64,000 nt of DNA from Camelus ferus (lineage: Eukaryota), in contig NC_045725.1 of NCBI RefSeq assembly GCF_009834535.1, positions 1,550,001-1,614,000 on the forward strand, in the 5' to 3' direction. A program made the translations under genes and the position numbers. Position 1 is the first letter of the stretch. Each line of letters starts with the position of its first letter. A model generated the notes under the pieces. It was not told where the DNA came from. It saw only the letters and a program-made list of their open reading frames with translations, and ran no database searches. Shown here piece by piece: positions 58,751-64,000 of this stretch.

Positions 58751-61700
58751 CAGGCAATATTCGTAAAAGTCACTTTGGAAGGAACCAAAGGCCGCACATC
58801 AACATTACCACTGCCACTTGGGTTTTCTGTGTCATGTTGGGTTGGGAACAGCTTTTTCAGCTCTGATGGGTAGAGGATTACTACAAAACAGTCGCCACGT
58901 TCCAACCTCTCCCTGGACCTGATGGACAGCTGGGAGGCCCTCACTCCCTGCTCCTTCAGAACCCAGGTGAAGAAGGCGCTCTGTGTCAGGTAGGTCTCAG
59001 GTGCGCCAGCTGCCGGCTCGCTGGTGGTGCCTGGGTCCGGTTACAGGTCCTGGCTACTCTCAGCCCACTGCCCTGCTCACCACTCTCCCCAAGGAGACGC
59101 CAAGCCCTGACAGCCTATCAGCAGCTGGGCTTTCTGAATGTGGCCGCTGTGCCTCCGAGCACCTCCAGCTCCGGCTTCACGCTCTGGTGGCACAGCACAG
59201 CGGTGTGCTATTTGCTGGCGCACAGATCTGAGACCATCTGTCAAGCACGCGTGTTCTTAAGTGAGAAAGCACTCTGAACCGTGCAGCATCAGACAAAGAA
59301 ACGCAGAGACCGGGCCAGGGCCATACAACCTGGTCTGAAACGGAGACAGAGCCGGCGAGTGCCGCTGGAAGGCACTCATCTCCCTGCAGGAGGACGCGGA
59401 GGGTGTCCACACAGAGGCGACGTGCTCATGAGCCAACATGTCCCCGCCCGCAGCGCTCACCAGTGATGAGGGACCCGCGTTGCCCGCCCGCGTGGCCAGG
59501 TCTGACACCAGCTCTCTGCCCACCCTCCTAGCTCTGCCCCCCACCCCCACTGCCGCTGTCTCCCGACGGCAGCCCGCTTCCTTCCCTCAGACGAGTAACA
59601 CCAGACAACTCTCCATTCAAAGGACAAAATAAGCCAGGACCTCGGGCTGAGGGAGAAGGTCAACACCAGCTGGAAGCAAGGCCACCAGCTCCCCCCGAGC
59701 ACACAGACCTGACGGGGCCGGAGGACACCTGGCTGGGAAGCCAAAGCGCGTAGTTAACGTCTACACCCGGCAGCTGAGCGGTACCCAGAGGTGCCCAGCG
59801 GTGCCCAGGCCCTGGGACCCTCCGCTGCAGAATCACACGAGCTGAAGCCCCTCCCCTCCGCCCTCCGTCGGGAGGACAGGAGGTACTCAAACATCACGGC
59901 CCAGCAGGTCACAGAGCTGGACGACGGTGGCAGCAGCATGTGTCCCAGTGGCAGTGCGCTATTTATAGAGGACCTTACTCTGCAGACGTCTCAGAGCCCG
60001 CCCTCTTTCCACCTCCCCCCCCCCACAAGGGGCAGATCCTAACTGCAGCCGCCCTGCAGCTTGGCCGTGGTGGGAAGGCGCACCCCTCCAGGACCCAGCG
60101 GAAACAGAGCCTGGTCGCTGCCACGCAGCTTGACAGAGAAACTCGGCACACGGGTCAACAGTTTCTGCTCGTCACTGGGGGACACTCGGCTCCTCTAGAC
60201 GAGGACTAAGGTATTTCAGCAAAGTCTGCGTGCTGGTCTGACAACGTGTGGACACAGTGCCCCTGGGAGGCTGGCCCCACGTTCTTCTGGACAGACTGAA
60301 GTCCCAGTGAAGCACCCACACACGGTGTGGCCGTCATGGCGCCCGGTTCCTGGGGGGGGGGGCAGAGGTCCTGCTGCACCAGGCAGCAGCTCCAGGCCCG
60401 CTGGACCTTCTGCCTCGTGAGATGCCGTCTGCAGGGTCTCCTGGGGACCTTGTTATGCAGCTGGTGGGTCACCGTGCTGACAGCAGCCCTCCCTCCAGGG
60501 CACCTCGAGACGTCCATGCAATGTCCACGTGAATTCAGCACTGACCCTGAGGGCCCATCTGCAGGGCTGACCACATGCCTCCGTCCACCAAGCAGCTGCC
60601 GCCATCCGCAGTGCGAACGGCCCGGCATGTCTGCTCCCTGCAAGGCAGACCCTCAATCATCGCTGGGAGCGGGGAGGCCTCAGCCCGGGCCCTGGGCCAG
60701 GTCGGTAAGACTTTCCATGAGGGAGCTGCTTGTTCTCTCCCAGAGCGGCTCGAGCGCAGGAAAGAGGGGAGGGCGTGAGGGGGGCGCACAGCCAGACGCG
60801 GGGCAGACGTGATCCCGGCCCCCGGGTCCACCTGCTTGCTGGTTTCATGACACCTAGACTCTGGAAACCCGAGAGCTCCTGCTGGGGCCTGAAAGGGCTG
60901 ATTGTGTGGGGGCCGCTGGGCGGGTGCCCACGGGGCGGTGGGGGGCGGGCGCAGCGGCAGACGAGCCAGCACCTCGGGAGCCATCGCTTCCACCGCAAAC
61001 CCAGAGGAGGTGCGGCGTGCCAGCACAATAGGGCCCTCGCGTAAATGCTGGGGCAAACTCCGCGGGCGGCACAGACGCAGAAAACGTCCCAGCAGATGGA
61101 CATAAACGGGCGTGCGTCCCAACACGTAGACTGCTGTGTGCGTGGGCGTGTGTGTGCATGCACGCGTGTGTGCGAGAACTGCCCGCGTTTCCACGTAGGA
61201 CACCCTGGCACCAGAGGGACACTGCCGTGTGGTCCACCCACGGGGGGCAAGTCACAGACGTCACGAAGGAGACGCGGCTCAGGTGCAGCTTTTACGACAT
61301 ATTTAATCTGTGTGTTAAGTAAGATGCCATAAAGCTAATTTCAAAAAAAAAACACCACACCCTGTGGTACTGCCAGGATCGAGAAGTCGAAATTGAGAGC
61401 TTACGTTTTACGAGTATCGTTGAACCAAAGAATAAACTATAATCGACACTTATTTACGGGCCAAACGTTTTTGAAACAAAATCTGAGGGTGGAAACAACC
61501 AGAACACAGAGGCGCCCCCAGACAGCTGGCACTCACCGGGAGGCACGTCTTCCTGCGCTTCAGTGGCTCGAGTAGAGGAGCTTTGGGACGTGCGTTAACC
61601 CTGTCGTGTTCCGCTGCGTCCCCAGCAGACGGGCAGGTCACACGTGCTGTGCCATTTAAGGCATAAACTGTGGGTACTCGAGTGACTCGAGTGGGGACCG

Positions 61701-63539
61701 TGCTCGGGGCCCCAACCCCCCGGGCTCTCTGGGACCTGATGGAATATCCTGTTAGTGCCTTTTTCATTCTACACTCCTGGAAAAAAAGCCAAATAAAAAG
61801 CCAGCACACACGTGAAATAAACGTACTGTAACTCCTCGCAGGCCTGGTACCGTCAGCGTCACGGACAAGCCTGAGGACCCCTACGTCGCCCGACCTCAGA
61901 GCGGCCATCTCATGCAGCCAGCAAGTGAAAACCAGAGATGGAATACAGGCTGGGATGCCTCCAGCCTCGGCCCCCACTGGCCCGCGAAGCGCCTCAGACA
62001 GCACCGCGGCGGTGGGGCCAGGCCAGCTGGGACGCCACCTAACTTGTCACCTGGGGTTGGGGATGTGCAGTCGCTCTGCAGTTGAGTCACTGTAAATCGC
62101 AGGGCACGGCCAGGTCCCCCCCCGCCCCAGGGGACGGCACCTTCGTGCCGCAGATGCACGGGGGCAAATCCCAGGAGAGGACAGGCGAGACCTGCCAGCA
62201 CCCCCAGGAACCAGCGGCCCTGTCCTGCTGAGACAAGGGCCAGTGCATGCAGGGCGCTCGTGGGGCGGGGGGCGTCACCCGCGCCCACACCGCCCCATCC
62301 CCCCTGGTTTCCTGGGCCGTTTCGTCAGCCCCCAGCCTCTCACCTCTCCCTGGGTGTAAACGACAAAGACAAAGCGTTGGCTTTCACGTGAAGGCCACGT
62401 GAAATCAAGCGCCTAGGTTCCAGCGCAGCTTTTTGTCCCTGTGTCCACCTTCTCCTCCACGCACCCTCCTTGGGTGGCTGCCTATTCGTAACCCACACAG
62501 GGAAAGACGCACGTGCCTTGGAGCCAGTTCCCACGACTGCCCCAGCTGCCCCCGCTGCAGACGCTTCGCAGGGGCCTGCTTCCTAAACCAGCGAGACGGC
62601 CTCGAACCGGCCAGGGATTCTGAAGTGCCTCCCACTCTCTTAAGAGAGACGGTGAAATTAAACAACATTTATACTAAAATGGAACTCCTGAAGTTCACTG
62701 TCATTAAACGTAAGCAGGGTGGGGCAAGGGGAGACGAAACATAACTGGGTGGAGATACGGAGCGAGAAGTTAACTCCACGAGGGGAACGTAATCTCTGCT
62801 CTGAAGAGACCCGTTTGAGTCTGTGCGGCCAGCAAGGGCCCGGGAGATGCGGGCAGATCGCGTCCCTCCTCGAGCGCTGCCCTCCTGCCCAGGCTCGGGG
62901 CTGGGGAGCTGTCCTCCACCCAGAATGAGCAGCAGCTTCAACTGTTCCCCTTTGACTAATTAATTTCCAAAAACCTCAACCACACAGAACACTGAATGGA
63001 TGGGCTGGGATCACTGCAGTCAACTCAAGACAGCCGAGCTTCACCAAAACCCCGCCAGGCCCTCACCAGCCACCCCTGTCAAGGCGACCCGGGGAGAACC
63101 CGCCCCGACACTTGCTCAGAGTTCACGCTGGGGAGGCTGGGGGTCCCGCGGAAACATGTGGATTCACAGAAGCACGTTCACTGCGGTCCAGGGAGCCTCT
63201 GGCACGGGCGCCTTAACCATGGTCCCAACCCTGACCGAAACTACGAACGCCGCTTTGCTCTCAGAGGCCAGCATGTGACAGCCGGCCTGGGACTGTGGAC
63301 ACTCAGGAAACGGCCTGTAGCTCCAGCCTGAAACAGGCCGAGAGAACCATCTGCGGGAGCCACACTGGACTGGGTCTCAGAACCTCTGCCAGGGGCCCCA
63401 GGACCAAGAAAACGGTGGACAAACACTGCCAGCAGGTGGGGTGCATGGGAGGCGAGGCAGGGAGGCTGGGGGCCGCCGAGCCCACACAGGGCTCCTGATT
63501 CTCCGGCAGCGAGGGTCCAGGGAGGTTGGGAACAGGAAG

Positions 63540-63720
63540 TCACATGATCAGGTCAGTGTTCTGAGAGAGAACCGTGATCACAAGGAGAGCGAAACAGAAT
63601 ATTGGGGGTTGGATTTAGGAACAGGAGACCTACGACAAAGTGACCTCATGACGCAGGTGAGAGATGTGGGGCCCTAAAGTGGACAGCCGGGTGCTCCACA
63701 GATGTTTGGAGCAGGACCGG
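63540..63720 (-). mobile_element. Possible L2 fragment
   Basis: acatgatcaggtcagtgttctgagagag...caggtgagagatgtggggccctaaagtgg...agatgtttggag resembles reverse L2 text. Weak. Confidence 0.4.
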
Positions 63721-64000
63721 CAGGCCCTGGGGTCGGGGGAGTGTGGGAAGGGAGGCACAGGGGCCGGAGGGGCTGGAGTGCCCGTCAGGGCTGGGAGAGG
63801 TCAGTGCCAGGTGGACGGAGACAGGGGGCAGTCTCACCAGCACCAGGGGCTGCACCTGTGCGCTCAGCACCGTGCGGCCACGGCGGCCCTCCTGGGCCAA
63901 CGGGCCTCCGGCTGGGCCGTCCTACTCAGCCTTGACCTCTCAGCCAGGTCCAGAGGGGCCTGGAGACCTGCCTGGGCTGTGGACCGAGCATCCTCACACC

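Larger units (their letters stand above)
40154..64000 (-). other. NFATC1: NFATC1 last intron (3' portion; the upstream exon ending ...LDQLYLDD is not in the window)
   Basis: Lies upstream of the terminal exon. I found no match to the penultimate-exon peptide. The human intron is tens of kb (recollection). Confidence 0.8.

Noticed and set aside
50883-60363. Long G homopolymers (e.g. ~50883, ~53281, ~60353) as functional elements
   Set aside because: Homopolymer length is unreliable in assemblies and such runs are common in this isochore.
1-64000. Hundreds of 60-300 aa ORFs as genes (e.g. 1310-2098, 23311-24213, 24281-25096, 52659-53423)
   Set aside because: They overlap on both strands, are rich in Pro/Gly/Arg/Ala as expected from GC-rich non-coding DNA, often start at non-ATG codons, and show no recognisable domains. 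Several are L1 or VNTR translations.
40154-64000. NFATC1 penultimate exon or other known NFATC1 exons
   Set aside because: No KREPEELDQLYLDD or VPIIKTEP-type peptide was seen in any frame; they must lie beyond position 64000.

Overview
GC-rich, subtelomeric-type mammalian genomic DNA. It is very probably camelid (alpaca/camel), judged from three tRNA-Ala-derived SINEs of the camelid type. The only protein-coding sequence I can support is the terminal exon of NFATC1 on the minus strand. It has a strong acceptor at 40154 and 50 coding nt (40104-40153) reading (V)NEIIRNDLSSTNIHS*, versus human ...LDDVNEIIRNDLSSTSTHS*. A ~1.7 kb 3'UTR follows, with AATAAA at 38414-38419. Positions 40154-64000 are the 3' part of the long last intron; the upstream exon is outside the window. 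Positions 1-38390 are downstream intergenic DNA, towards CTDP1 by mammalian synteny (inferred). The rest is eroded and nested L1s, SINEs, MIR/L2 fragments, simple repeats and AT-rich putative regulatory islands. The hundreds of listed ORFs are what GC-rich non-coding DNA produces by chance. The most interesting leads are: (i) several unannotated exon-like units in the last intron that fit the phase-1 junction, next to a terminal exon that stops all three frames quickly; (ii) NFAT and NFAT:AP-1 motif clusters suggesting autoregulatory enhancers; (iii) sharp AT-to-GC erosion gradients within L1 copies. All of these are hypotheses from sequence alone. I found no prokaryote-style system (CRISPR, operon).
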